Source: an uncultured Verrucomicrobiae bacterium (lineage in GTDB: Bacteria; Verrucomicrobiota; Verrucomicrobiia; Chthoniobacterales; UBA10450). Taken from it: a stretch of 64,000 bases of DNA. Each line of letters starts with the position of its first letter. Positions within the stretch are counted from its first letter, which is position 1. The translations under genes were made by a program, and so were the position numbers. Location of the stretch: NCBI GenBank assembly GCA_963801815.1, contig CAWDGJ010000003.1, positions 192,001 to 256,000 on the forward strand, read 5' to 3'. The notes under the pieces are model-generated. The model saw only the letters and a program-made list of their open reading frames with translations. It was not told the DNA's origin and ran no database searches. Positions 29,869-40,698 of the stretch are shown piece after piece.

Positions 29869-30792
29869 CTAGAATGATGACACCATTTCAAGCATCCGGC
29901 TACGGGTTTTTTCGTCGGGCAGTCGCCCCATTCCGGCTTCAAGATCGTCCTCTAAGTGCTTCGGGTTGTTGGTCGCGGGGATCGCGCAGGTCACAGCCGG
30001 ATGGGCCACGATCCACTTCAAGAAAAACTGGGCCCACGATCTACAATCGAACTCCGCTGTCCATTCCGGCAGCGGTTTTGTGCGTACTCGGCTGAACAGA
30101 TCCCCGCCGCCAAATGGACGATTAATAATCACGGCGACTTGTTTATCTTGCGCGAGCGGAAGGATTCGGTCCTCCGCCTCGCGCTCCATGATTGAGTAAT
30201 TAATCTGGAGAAAGTCGACCTTCTCCCGGCGCAACACCTTCTCGACTTCAGCAAAAGCGCTCGCGTTGTAGTGCGTAATTCCGATGTAGCGAAAGCGGCC
30301 CCCCTCTTTCCAAGCCCGCATCGTGGTCAGCTGCGTCTCTACGTCGACCAGGTTGTGCACTTGCATCAAATCGATCCGCTTCGTTTGCAGGCGTGACATC
30401 GACCGTTCCATCGAGTCGATTCCGGCTTGTTTGCCGCGCGTCCAAACTTTGGTGGCCAGAAAGAGTTTGTCTCGCAACCCGAGCTTACTCGCTAGCGCAC
30501 CGACAACTTCTTCAGCCCGTCCGTACATCGGCGAGGAATCAATAACGCGGCCGCCAAGTTTCACGAAAAGCGACAGCACTTCACCGAGCTGTCGCTCGTT
30601 GGCCGGGGTAAGATCGACGTCGAAAACGTTCCAGGTGCCGAGTCCGATCACGGTGAGTTTTTCACCGGAAGACGGAATCGCGCGCGTCAGTATCGCTGAA
30701 GATTCTGCCCGCGCTAAGGCGCCCCGCAGAAGGAAGCCGGTGGTAGCGCCGCCGATCAATTTGGTCGCCCGCCGTCGCGTCATCGGGTTCAT
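29869..30792 (-). CDS. Aldo/keto reductase with twin-arginine signal
   Basis: TRRRATKL, IGLGTW, IDSSPMYG, LFLATKVW, IDLMQVHN, AIPAT. Confidence 0.9.
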   Translation of the reverse strand: MNPMTRRRATKLIGGATTGFLLRGALARAESSAILTRAIPSSGEKLTVIGLGTWNVFDVDLTPANERQLGEVLSLFVKLGGRVIDSSPMYGRAEEVVGALASKLGLRDKLFLATKVWTRGKQAGIDSMERSMSRLQTKRIDLMQVHNLVDVETQLTTMRAWKEGGRFRYIGITHYNASAFAEVEKVLRREKVDFLQINYSIMEREAEDRILPLAQDKQVAVIINRPFGGGDLFSRVRTKPLPEWTAEFDCRSWAQFFLKWIVAHPAVTCAIPATNNPKHLEDDLEAGMGRLPDEKTRSRMLEMVSSF

Positions 30793-30833
30793 TGTTGATT
30801 GAAACGATAAACCTGCGTTCGTAATCGCCAACT

Positions 30834-31958
30834 ATGAATAGGACTACGCGTCGTCATTTCATTAAAACCACAGCCGGAACCGGACTTGCCCTCAGCGCGG
30901 GATCTACGTCCTTGTTTGCGGAAAAATCCACAAAACCTTTGCGTATTCTAATTCTCGGCGGCACTGGGTTCACTGGTCCCTATCAAGTTCGTTATGCGTT
31001 AAGTCGCGGACACAAAGTCACCACCTTCAATCGCGGCAAGACCCATCCCGGTGAATTGCCGGCCGAGGTCGAGCAATTGATTGGCGATCGCAACGGCAAA
31101 CTCGACGCGTTGAAGAACCGGCAATGGGATGTAGTGATCGACAATCCGACAACCTTGCCGGCGTGGGTGCGCGACGCGGCGCAGGTGTTAAAAGGCAACA
31201 CAGAGCGGTACGTGTTCATCTCGACGATTTCAGTTTACCCAGATCCGCTGCCTGCCGCCGGCGTCGATGAAAATTCCCCATTGTCGAAATATGACGGCGC
31301 AGATCCCTACAAAGAGACTATCGAAGCGATGCGCGCGTCTGGTTTCAAAACCTATGGCCCACTTAAAGCGCTTTCCGAAAAGGAAGCCGAGAAATGGTTT
31401 CCCGGAAAAACATTGGTCATTCGTCCCGGACTAATCGTTGGCCCTCGCGATGAGACCGATCGTTTTACTTACTGGCCGGTCCGAGTTGATCGCGGCGGGG
31501 AGGTCCTCGCGCCTGGAAATCCGGACGATCCGGTCCAGTACATTGATGCGCGCGATTTGGCCGAGTGGACGATTCGCATGGTGGAAAGTCGCGAAACCGG
31601 AATTTACAATGCGACTGGGCCGGCGAAGCCAATCGGCGTTGGCGGAATGCTCGACGGCATTAAAGACGCCGAGAAGTCGAATGCGACCTTTACCTTCCTG
31701 CCCCTCGATTTTCTCAAGCAGAACAAGGTGGAAGCCTGGTCGGACATGCCGGTTTGGGCGGGGGACGAGCTTGGTCTTTCTCGAACGAAAATTGACAAGG
31801 CGCTGGCGAAAGGTTTGACCTTCCGTCCGCTCGCCGAAACTGCGCGCGACACGCTGGCGTGGTTCAAGGCGCTGCCACAAGATCGACAATCGAAAATGCG
31901 CGCGGGGATCACACCGGAACGCGAATCGGAAGTTCTCGCCGCCTGGAAGAAGAAATGA
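30834..31958 (+). CDS. NAD-dependent epimerase/dehydratase (atypical SDR) with Tat signal
   Basis: TRRHFIK, ILILGGTGFTG, YGPLK, RPGLIVGP. Confidence 0.9.
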   Translation: MNRTTRRHFIKTTAGTGLALSAGSTSLFAEKSTKPLRILILGGTGFTGPYQVRYALSRGHKVTTFNRGKTHPGELPAEVEQLIGDRNGKLDALKNRQWDVVIDNPTTLPAWVRDAAQVLKGNTERYVFISTISVYPDPLPAAGVDENSPLSKYDGADPYKETIEAMRASGFKTYGPLKALSEKEAEKWFPGKTLVIRPGLIVGPRDETDRFTYWPVRVDRGGEVLAPGNPDDPVQYIDARDLAEWTIRMVESRETGIYNATGPAKPIGVGGMLDGIKDAEKSNATFTFLPLDFLKQNKVEAWSDMPVWAGDELGLSRTKIDKALAKGLTFRPLAETARDTLAWFKALPQDRQSKMRAGITPERESEVLAAWKKK

Positions 31959-31962
31959 ATCA

Positions 31963-32075
31963 GGGGAGCACACCCGCCTCGGGTGTAATTTCCGGCGCCC
32001 ACGCCGGAAACCATCATAATCAGGTCGCATTCGGCGAGGCGCCGAACGCAGCACGCGATGGCGCGTGCGCTCCCC
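31963..32075. repeat. Inverted pair of REP-like palindromic units
   Basis: GGGGAGCACACCCGCCTCGGGTG..CCGGCGCCCACGCCGG facing TTCGGCGAGGCGCCGAA..GCACGCGATGGCGCGTGCGCTCCCC. Confidence 0.75.
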
Positions 32076-32079
32076 AGAA

Positions 32080-33396
32080 ATGAAAAAACTCTTTGCCAAA
32101 ATCGTTGACGTAAGACCTAACGAGCTTCGCGCGCTCTGGCTGGGGTTCGTTTTCCATTTTCTCATCCTGACCGGCTATTACATTACCAAGCCAATCCGCG
32201 ACAGCATTGGCGCGAGCAACATGGAAGCTCTGCCGTGGATGTTCACCGCTACGCTTGTCGGGATGTTGATCGCAAATACGGCCTTCGCCGCAACTGTGGC
32301 ACGCATGTCGCGACGGAAATTCATTCCGTTAGCCTACGGGTTTTTCATTTTTGTCTTCGTCCTTTTTTTCATCGCGATGCGAACCCGTCCAGCGGCAGAG
32401 CAGGTATGGATTGGTCGCGGTTTCTTTGTTTGGGTGAGCGTTTTCAATTTGTTTAATACCGCCGTCTTCTGGGCGTTCATGACCGACCTGTTTACGGTCG
32501 AGCAGGGAAAGCGTCTTTACGGTTTTATCGCTGTCGGAGGGACTCTCGGTGCAATTTTTGGGGCCTACATCACAAAGCACTACGTGGGTGAGATTGGTCC
32601 GGCGAATCTTCTCATTATCGCCGCGGCAATGTTCGTCGCTGCTGGCTCTCTGGTTCGTTTCTTTCCCAGCGGTTTCACGGTCGAAGACAGGCCTGCGGCC
32701 ATGCCGGAGGCACCAATTGGCGGTTCGGTTTGGTCGGGCATCACCCACATTTGCCGCTCGCCTTATCTGATGGGACTCGCTGCAAGTATTCTCCTTTATA
32801 CGACGACTTCGACGTGGGCCTATTTTCAACAGAGCGAACTTGCAGGTGGAGTACTGAAAACGAGCACCACACGCACTGAATTCTTCGGAAACCTCGAGAT
32901 CTGGGTTAACAGCATCACCGTCCTGATCCAGATTTTCCTCACTGGTCGTTTGCTCAAGTGGTTCGGAGTTGCGTTTACACTTGTGGCGCTGCCATTCGTG
33001 AGCCTGGTCGGGTTCGCCGCAATGGGCGTTGCGGCCAGTCTGGCTTTGTTGGCCGTCTTTCAAGTTGCTCGTCGCGCTGCAGCTTACGCGTTAATGCGGC
33101 CATCGCGCGAGATTCTCTTCACCGTATTAAGACGCGAAGATAAGTACAAAGTGAAAAGTGTTACCGATACGCTCGGCTATCGTACGGGTGATCAGTTAGG
33201 CGCCTGGTCCTATCACGGTTTGCAAGGGCTTGGTCTGGACCTCAACACGATCAGCTGGATTGCGGTCCCGGTTACGGCCGGTTGGTGCGTATTGAGCATC
33301 TGGCTCGGTCGCAAACAACGCGAGCTGGCTGATGAGCAAGCAAAGCGGGATCGAGCCGCAACGCCTGGCGGTGTTGCCGCGCCGGACCCTGCCTAA
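32080..33396 (+). CDS. MFS transporter, NTP/NDP exchange (TLC/NTT-like) family
   Basis: YYITKPIRDS, WVSVFNLF..AVFWAFMTD, QGKRLYGFI, RPSREILF, KYKVKSVTDT..YRTGD. Confidence 0.82.
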   Translation: MKKLFAKIVDVRPNELRALWLGFVFHFLILTGYYITKPIRDSIGASNMEALPWMFTATLVGMLIANTAFAATVARMSRRKFIPLAYGFFIFVFVLFFIAMRTRPAAEQVWIGRGFFVWVSVFNLFNTAVFWAFMTDLFTVEQGKRLYGFIAVGGTLGAIFGAYITKHYVGEIGPANLLIIAAAMFVAAGSLVRFFPSGFTVEDRPAAMPEAPIGGSVWSGITHICRSPYLMGLAASILLYTTTSTWAYFQQSELAGGVLKTSTTRTEFFGNLEIWVNSITVLIQIFLTGRLLKWFGVAFTLVALPFVSLVGFAAMGVAASLALLAVFQVARRAAAYALMRPSREILFTVLRREDKYKVKSVTDTLGYRTGDQLGAWSYHGLQGLGLDLNTISWIAVPVTAGWCVLSIWLGRKQRELADEQAKRDRAATPGGVAAPDPA

Positions 33397-33399
33397 TTT

Positions 33400-33855
33400 T
33401 TACTGTCGGACAAAGTGAATGCCGTGTTCTCCCGCGATCTGCGTGATGCGCGACATATCCGGTCCTCCTGGCTTCGCGAATTCCTCGGCGCAGCGCCCGA
33501 AAAATTTCTCAAACCCTGACGGTGTTGTCATGATCAGAATTCGTGAGGGTTGATCCCCGACATTTTTGAATGTGTGAGTAACACCGCGCGGCATGAATGC
33601 GCTTCCCCCGGGACTAACTTCTCGCCACTCGCCACCTGACAGAAACGCAACGCGTCCTTCAAGCACGTGAAATGTTTCGTCTTCGTTCACATGGTAATGC
33701 GGCGGAGGGCCGCCGCCGGGTGGCACTGTTCCGGTCCACATGGTGAGCGTTCCACCAGTACGTTCGCCATCCAGGTGGATCACGACTTCATCGCCAAATG
33801 CTCGAAGCACGTGTCCTTCGTCTTTCTGAACGATTGCTGCCGATTTTTTGCTCAT
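33400..33855 (-). CDS. Cupin domain protein
   Basis: GPPPHYHVNEDETFHVLEG and PRGVTHTFKN metal-binding motifs. Confidence 0.9.
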   Translation of the reverse strand: MSKKSAAIVQKDEGHVLRAFGDEVVIHLDGERTGGTLTMWTGTVPPGGGPPPHYHVNEDETFHVLEGRVAFLSGGEWREVSPGGSAFMPRGVTHTFKNVGDQPSRILIMTTPSGFEKFFGRCAEEFAKPGGPDMSRITQIAGEHGIHFVRQ

Positions 33856-33856
33856 G

Positions 33857-35343
33857 CTACTTTGCCAGTTCGTAGAGATATTCGACGAACGACATCACCG
33901 CGCCGTCAAAGCTTTGGACTTTCGGGTTGGCCGATTCGATCACGTAATATTCATCCGGTGCATGCGCGCCGCTGCCGTGACCGAGGCCGAAATGACCGGC
34001 CGCGAGCTTCAAGGGTTCACCGGTGAAAACGTAACCCGGATATGAACCGGCGTTGCGTGGCCAAAACAGGGGATCGATTCCAAATTGCTTGTAAGTCGCC
34101 ACCTGCGCTTTGATCAGCGCCGAATCCTCTGACGTGCTGGTCGGATCATATCCGCCGGTCATGTTCACTTCGATGTCGCCGAAGCCGTGTTTCGCCAGAT
34201 GCGCTTTCAACGCGGCGAGCGCATCCGTTGCTTTCATGTCCGGCACGAGCCGCATGTCGATCTTAGCCACGGCGCGATGTGGCAAAATCGTTTTGCCGCC
34301 GGGGCCAGTGTAACCGCCAACCAGTCCCTCGATATTCACAGTCGGTTGCGATTCGAGCCGTTCGTTCGCCTGCTGCCACGGCAAATCGTTAATCCAATGC
34401 TGCGTGCTGAATTGCTTCTTCGCGCTCGGCTTCGCTCCGCACTTTCGAAACGCTCGCAATCATTTGTTTCTCATCGGCGCTCAACGGCCGCGGCTTGGGA
34501 TAATTGTCAATCGTGATGGTATTTCCATCCGGCGACACCAGCGTGTTTAGCGCGTGAACCAAATGCCAGGCCGGACTGTCGACCATCGCCTTGAGCGACG
34601 AGTGAATATCTTTCGCCGGCCCGCGTCCCCACTTCTCCCCACTCGAGACAAGCTCGAGCTCGATCACGCCTTTCGACCCGAGATTCACCGTCACGACGCC
34701 GTCGAGGTCTTGTGCTGCGGAAGGCATGAATACGCCGACGCATTTCTTCAGCGCATCGAGCGACCTCGGGCGTCGAACGAGTTGAGGAATGTGCGGCGAA
34801 CCGATTTCCTCTTCGCCTTCTGCGACCAACACCAGATTGACCGGCATCTTCTTTCCAGCGCCTTGAATCGCGTGCAGCGCAGCCAGAAACGCAGACTCGG
34901 GCCCTTTCTGATTTACCGCGCCGCGGCCGACGATCACTTTTCCGAGTGGCGGTTTGTCGACCAATCGCGCTTCGGTTGGCGGCGATGTCCATTCCGCCGG
35001 ATCGAACTGCTTCACGTCGTACATGAAATAGAGTGCCGACCGTTTTCGGCGCGCCCGCGTCGAGGGTTGCGAATACGCCGGGTTTACCGTCCGTGGTGAT
35101 CACGTCCGCTTTTTGAAACCCTGCGTCGCGGACGAGTTTCGCCATGTACTCCGCGCCGTCAGGATAACCGCGATTCTCGGCGGCGATCGAAACCTGGGCG
35201 ATCCAATCCTGTAAACGCTTCACCGCCTCGTCATGGCGCTTGGTGATTTCGGCTTTGATGTCGGTGTGATCGTCAGCGGTTGCGTCACAAACGTGTGCTC
35301 CGAAGGCGAGAGCTATCAAGGGAATAAGAAGTTTCGTTCTCAT
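33857..35343 (-). CDS. Secreted M20/M25/M40 metallo-hydrolase, split by apparent frameshifts
   Basis: Consecutive fragments give signal peptide, MYDVKQ, GRGAVNQKGP, EGEEEIGS, GAHAPDEY. Confidence 0.85.
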
Positions 35344-35349
35344 ATGGTT

Positions 35350-37636
35350 TTAAAGGGCGAGGGTTTCCTGTTTTGGAGCTGAGGCTGTCGCGGTGATTCC
35401 GCTGAATTTTTTCACAAGATCGTCGAGCTTGGCGACGTAGTAATCGATGTTCTCGTCGCGGTTTTGCGGGTCGAAATCGGTGGCGAGCCTGGCCGCTTCG
35501 TAGGCCGGAACCTTTTTTGGCGTGCTCTTAATATAATAGGAATCTGGTCGCCCGGTTTGTAGTCGCGGCCGCTGGCCAGGGCGAGCTCGTAGGCGGCGGC
35601 GCGGTTTCGGGCCGACCGGCGATCTTCTGCCGATATTTCTCGAGCGAATCCTGGAGCGTGTCGGTCTTCATCAGCATGTCGATCGGCCATTCGCGATTGC
35701 GGATCTTTTTCTCGAACTCGTTCCGCAGATCGGCAATCGCTTCCGGCTTTTCCTCCATGAGGAGCTTGATCATTTCCTCGAGGAAAACGCGCTGGAATTT
35801 TTCCAGTCCGCGCGACTTCAGCGCGCCGCCTTTGATGATGACTTCGCCATCCGGGTGAGAAGCGCGTAGTTCTTCGCCTTGTAGCTGAACATGGCTTCGA
35901 ATTGCTCGTCGAATTCGACCTCGATCCCGGGCGGCAGATTCTTGCCAACCCCGCGCGAAGCTGGCTGATTTCTTCTGTGATGGCGGGTCCGAGCCGGACT
36001 GGCACTGTCCCGGCCGCTTGGCTTTTGTCTTCGCAGGCGGGACGGTCCGAGCCGAACTGGCATTTGCCTCCACAGATGCAGGCGGGACGAAATAAATTCC
36101 GTCGGTGTCGACCTCGATGACTTTCGCGCCCTGCTCGTTCAGCCAATCGATCATCTTCTTGAGCAAATCGCGCCCGATCTGGGTGACGCGCGCGGCGGCT
36201 TCGAAATCGGCGAAGTTTCCCTGCGCGAAACCGAGATAGCCGTAGAAGCTGTTGATCAGAATCTTGAACGTGTTTTGCAGCGCGTGGAGATGCCGCTGTT
36301 CGGCCGGATCCTTCGCGGCGCGCATCTTCGCCTTCGCTTCGAGCCGGAAGGTGCGCAGATCGGTCAGCAAATGCCGAAAGATCTGGAGCTGATCGCTCAC
36401 CGGAAAACAATCGAACTGGAGCATGATCGACGGATAAAGCGAGGCGACGTCGCAATGCCAGACGTTGCGCGCGACGCCGGTGAAGAAGATGTCGGTGTAG
36501 CCGCCCTCGAAACGCTGCGCGCCATCGGCATTTCGGGAATGACTGTGCGTCTGCCGGAAATATTCGCGCAGAAAGAGCGCGTTGATCCGGGTGGCGTTGC
36601 CGCGCACGATCACGTCCTGGTAGTTGTAGGGAAAAATCTGCGCCTGGATGAAGTAACTCGGGCTCAGCAGATCGGACACGGCGCGCGTTTCGCGCACCGC
36701 GCAGAGCGCGCGTTTCCGGAAACGCTCGGCGTCCTCCAGGTAGGCGCGCTGCAGTTCCTTGCCGGCCAGCCCTGAGATTTCGTCGCTCTCGCAAAAGCCA
36801 AAATGCTGCGCGACATCGATCCGTTCGAAGCCGGACAGGGTGCGCATTCCGACATCGTAAAATTGCGCGAGCAGAAAAGTGTCGACGAAATGCCGGCCAT
36901 CGACCGTGAACTTCGGGTAATCGATCGTCTTCTCCGCGATCTGGAGCCGTGACGGACGCGAACGGAGAAATCCGCCGCTCCGTCCCCAATCGAGTTTCGT
37001 TTTCGCTTCTTCGCGCGCGCGACGAGATAGGGCAGATCGAACGCGAAACAGATTGTGACCTTCGATCACATCCGGATCGCGTTCCTTGATCAGCGCGGTC
37101 AGGCGCTTGATCGCTGCGCGCTCCGATTCCTCAGCCTTCTTCGGATCGACCACGATCAATTCTTCCCAGCCGGTGTTGTCGGAAACCGCGATGCTCATGA
37201 TGTGACTCGGCGTCGCCTTCGCCGACGAACGAGAGCACTTCGATCTGCATCCGTTTCAGTTCTTCAAACGGCAGATCCTTGAACAGCGTGCGCCCGGTGT
37301 GCGGTGAGGTAATGCTGCACCGGATCGCTCAAGGCGAAGAAATCGCGGCCCGCATTCTTCAAGCCGTTGCGAAGCGCGATCAGTTCCTTCCAACTGTCGA
37401 CCGTGACCAGCCAGCTGAATTTCAGATCGCCCGCCAGCTTCTCGGCTTCGATGCCGAGATCGGCCACGTCGCGAGTCGGCCCAGACGAACGGATGAAACG
37501 GCTCGACGTCCGTGGCCGTCGATCCATTCTTCTCCCGCCGATAAACCTTGACCGTGCCGGTTTCGCCCAGCTCGATCGCGACGATCCGCGGCGTCGGATC
37601 GGCGCCGAAGAGGATCGTGTTCTTCTCGAATTCCAT
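35350..37636 (-). CDS. Family B DNA polymerase (Pol II-like) with 3'-5' exonuclease, several apparent frameshifts
   Basis: DPDVIEGHN, DVASLYPSIM, KILINSFYGY, EVDTDGIYF, KNYA; C-terminus read by hand ...KQETLAL-stop at 35350. Confidence 0.88.
35986..36062 (+). repeat. Two direct copies of the 19-nt unit GGTCCGAGCCGRACTGGCA inside the polymerase gene
   Basis: Copies at 35986-36004 and 36044-36062; a third copy is inverted at 43989-44007. Confidence 0.8.
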
Positions 37637-37652
37637 GGGTCATCCAACGTAA

Positions 37653-37714
37653 ATGGAGGGACGCGCTCCGTCGCGTCCGAAAAATTTGCGACGACACAGA
37701 GGTCGTCCCTCCAT
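37653..37714. repeat. Inverted REP-like doublet between divergent genes
   Basis: ATGGAGGGACGCGCTCCGTCGCGTCC ... GACGACACAGAGGTCGTCCCTCCAT with 10-bp terminal inverted repeats and internal hairpins. Confidence 0.8.
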
Positions 37715-37725
37715 ATAAATGAGAC

Positions 37726-39079
37726 ATGAAGATCCGTTCGATGTCAGTTTTGGTCCTGCTCATCGCGGTTTCGCGTTTTGCTTTTGCTCAGGGCCCGGAT
37801 GTGGAGAAAGCGGCGGAGAGCGAGCTGCCGTCGTTGCTCTCGATTTACAAGGACATTCATGCTCATCCCGAGTTGTCCGACACGAGGAGAACACACTGCG
37901 GCGTTGGTGGCGAAGGAATTGAACGCGGCCGGCTGCGAAGTGACCGATCACTTCGGCAAATACGACAATCCCAAGCTGAAAGGCTACGGCGTCGTCGGCG
38001 TGATGAAGAATGGCGACGGCCCGACCGTGCTCGTGCGCACCGACATGGATGCGTTGCCGGTCGAGGAGGAAACCGGCCTGCCTTACGCGAGCAAGGTCAC
38101 GACGAAGAACGACAAGGGCCACGAAGTCCACGTCATGCACGCCTGCGGTCACGACGTCCACATGGCCACTTTCATCGGCGTGGCGCGCGCGCTGCGCGAG
38201 CTGAAAGACCAATGGCACGGCACGATCGTCTTCGTCGGCGCAACCGGCCGAAGAAGCGGTCGGCGGCGCGCGCGCCATGCTGAACGACGGACTTTACACT
38301 CGTTTCGGCAAACCGGATTTCGCGCTCGGCTTTCACGACAACGCGGAGCTGCAGACCGGCCACATCGGCGTGACGCCCGGCTACACCTACGCCAATGTCG
38401 ATTCGGTCGACGTGACCGTGCACGGCGTCGGCGGCCACGGCGCCTATCCGCACAAGACGAAGGATCCGATCGTGCTCTCGGCGGAAATCATCAACGCGTG
38501 GCAGACGATCGCCAGCCGCGAAAACAATCCGCTCGATCCGGTCGTGGTGACGGTCGGCTCGATTCACGGCGGGACCAAGCACAACATCATTCCGGACGAA
38601 GTGAAGATGCAGCTCACCGTGCGCACTTACAAGAACGAGGTGCGCGACCACGTGCTCGCCGCGATCGACGAGATCGCCAAAGGGTTGCGCAGCGCGGGCG
38701 GCAGTCCCGACGGACAAGCTGCCGATCGTGAGGTGCTCAAAGGATGAGTTCACGCCCGCGACCTACAACAATCCGGAGCTGACCAATCGGCTGGTCGCGG
38801 TCTGGAAGAAATCGTTAGGCGACGAAAACGTCGAGATTGTCGATCCCGACGATGGGCGGCGAGGATTTTTCCGAATACAGTCTGCCGGATCATTCGATTC
38901 CGGCGGTCGATTTTCACATCGGCGCGGTCGATCCGGAAAAAATCGCGCGAGTGCAAGAAGGAGGGGCAACGCCGTTGCCGAGTTTGCATTCGAGCAAGTT
39001 TGCGCCGGTGCCGGAGCCGACGATTCGCACCGGCATCGTCGCGATGACCAGCGCGGTGCTCGATTTGATGAAGAAGTAA
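37726..39079 (+). CDS. Secreted M20D amidohydrolase, split by apparent frameshifts
   Basis: [42 protein letters not shown] across consecutive frames. Confidence 0.88.
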
Positions 39080-39164
39080 GCGCGCTAGCTCCGCTCGCTC
39101 AGGGCAGGCTCAAGTTGCGGCTTCGTCGCAATTAACTGGATGCAACGTCACGTTGCCGCTCGGG

Positions 39165-39187
39165 ATGACATCGCAAAGCGATGTCAT
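39165..39187. terminator. Perfect hairpin between the convergent amidohydrolase and ftsZ
   Basis: ATGACATCGC-AAA-GCGATGTCAT, overlapping the ftsZ stop; no clear U-tract. Confidence 0.5.
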
Positions 39188-40619
39188 TTCACCCGCACGT
39201 TCTTGCGCAGAAACGTCGGCACGTCGAGGTCCTGGCCTTCGACGATTGTCGGTTCGCTTTTTTCGAAACGCCCGCGCGTGACCGGCTCGAACTGCATCAC
39301 TTCCTGTTCGCGTGAACGTATTTTTCTTTCGGCGGCTTCGCTTTCTTGTTCGATCGACCGGCTTTTTCTTCGGCGGAATCAAACGCGGCGCCGGTTTCTT
39401 AATCGGACGGTGGCATTGGCGCGGGCTGCGGTGTCGCCTCGGCGATGCAACCGGCTCGCGGCTGTTCGACTGGAGTCAGTTCATTCGGGAGCCGACTTCC
39501 GGCAATGCGGTCGATTTCCGGTTCGGGCTCAATCACTGCCTCGGCGTGGCGTGGCCGGCGGTTCTTCGATTCGTTCAGAGCTGCAGGCGGTGGCGCGAGA
39601 AACGCGCTCGGGTCTTGGCGCGGGCTCTTGCGCCGGAATCTTCCGCCGCGAAGCGAGCTGATCATCGTCACGCTCAAACGATTTCCCATTTTTCCGTCGA
39701 CCGCGGTGCCGAAAAGAATCTGGGTGTGATCGCGACATGCCGGCCGAGTTCCTGCATCAGGATTTCGACTTCGGACAGCGTCATGCCGGGCCGCCGGCGA
39801 CCTGCACCAGAACATGCGCCGCTTCGCTCAGCATTCGGCCCTCGATCCATGAGCGGATTCTTCAAGCGCCTGCGTGAGCGCGTCGTGCGCGCGATTGTCG
39901 GAATCGGATTCACCGAAACCAAACAGGCAGCGGCCGTTTTGGCTGCGCAGCGCGGCGAGCAAATCGTCGAAGCCGATCCGGATCAGTCCGGGCCGCTGAA
40001 TCAGATTCACGATCGAGCGCACGCTCTGACTGATCGTGATGTCGGCGACGCGCGAAGGCCTGATGAATTCCCGCTTTCGGCGCAACCATGTCGCCCATCC
40101 GATCGTTCTCGAAACAAATCACCGCATTCGCGACTTCGTTCAATCGGGCGAGCGCTTCCTGCGCCTGCGCCGCGCGGCGTTTTCCTTCGAAGGAAAAGGG
40201 CAGCGTCGCAAAAGCGATCACGAGCGAACCGGCTTCGCGCGCCAGTTGCGCCACGACCGGCGCCGCGCCCGAGCCGGTGCCGCCGCCGAGGCCGGCGCAA
40301 ACAAAAATCATCCGCGCACCGGCAATCGCCTGCGCGAATTTCGTCGGCCGATTCCTGCGGCCTGGTAGCCCAGCTCGGGATCGCCGCCGGCGCCGAGACC
40401 GCGCGTGACTGGTCCGGCCGAGTTGCACCTTGTGCGCCGCGACCGAACTGGCGAGCGATTGCACGTCGGTGTTGATCGCGATCAGATCGTCTTGTCCATG
40501 CCGTCGAGCACGATGCGATCGAGCGCATTCGAGCCGGCGCCGCCGACGCCGACGACTTTGATGGGAATTGCTTCCTCCTGCCGTTCGGGCAGACTGTAGT
40601 TGTGGCTGAGTTGGATCAT
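39184..40619 (-). CDS. ftsZ: Cell division protein FtsZ (divergent; apparent frameshifts)
   Basis: IKVVGVGGAGSNALDR, AINTD, AGLGGGTGSGAAP, PFSFEG, C-terminal DLDVPTFLRK. Confidence 0.9.
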
Positions 40620-40644
40620 GTTATCGCCTGTTCTCGCGGGTTGC

Positions 40645-40690
40645 TAATTTGAGATTTGTTTCGGATTTCGGCATTCGGATTTTGAATTTG
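40645..40690. repeat. Degenerate heptamer tandem repeat between ftsA and ftsZ
   Basis: TTTGAGA TTTG TTTCGGA TTTCGGC ATTCGGA TTTTGAA TTTG. Confidence 0.55.
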
Positions 40691-40698
40691 CAAATGAG

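Noticed and set aside
35986..36062. Possible mini CRISPR array (two 19-nt repeats with a 39-nt spacer)
   Set aside because: Only two short units, inside a coding region, with no cas genes or leader
35350..37636. PolB as marker of a prophage, casposon or pipolin
   Set aside because: No integrase, Cas1, terminal repeats or virion genes; neighbours are housekeeping hydrolases
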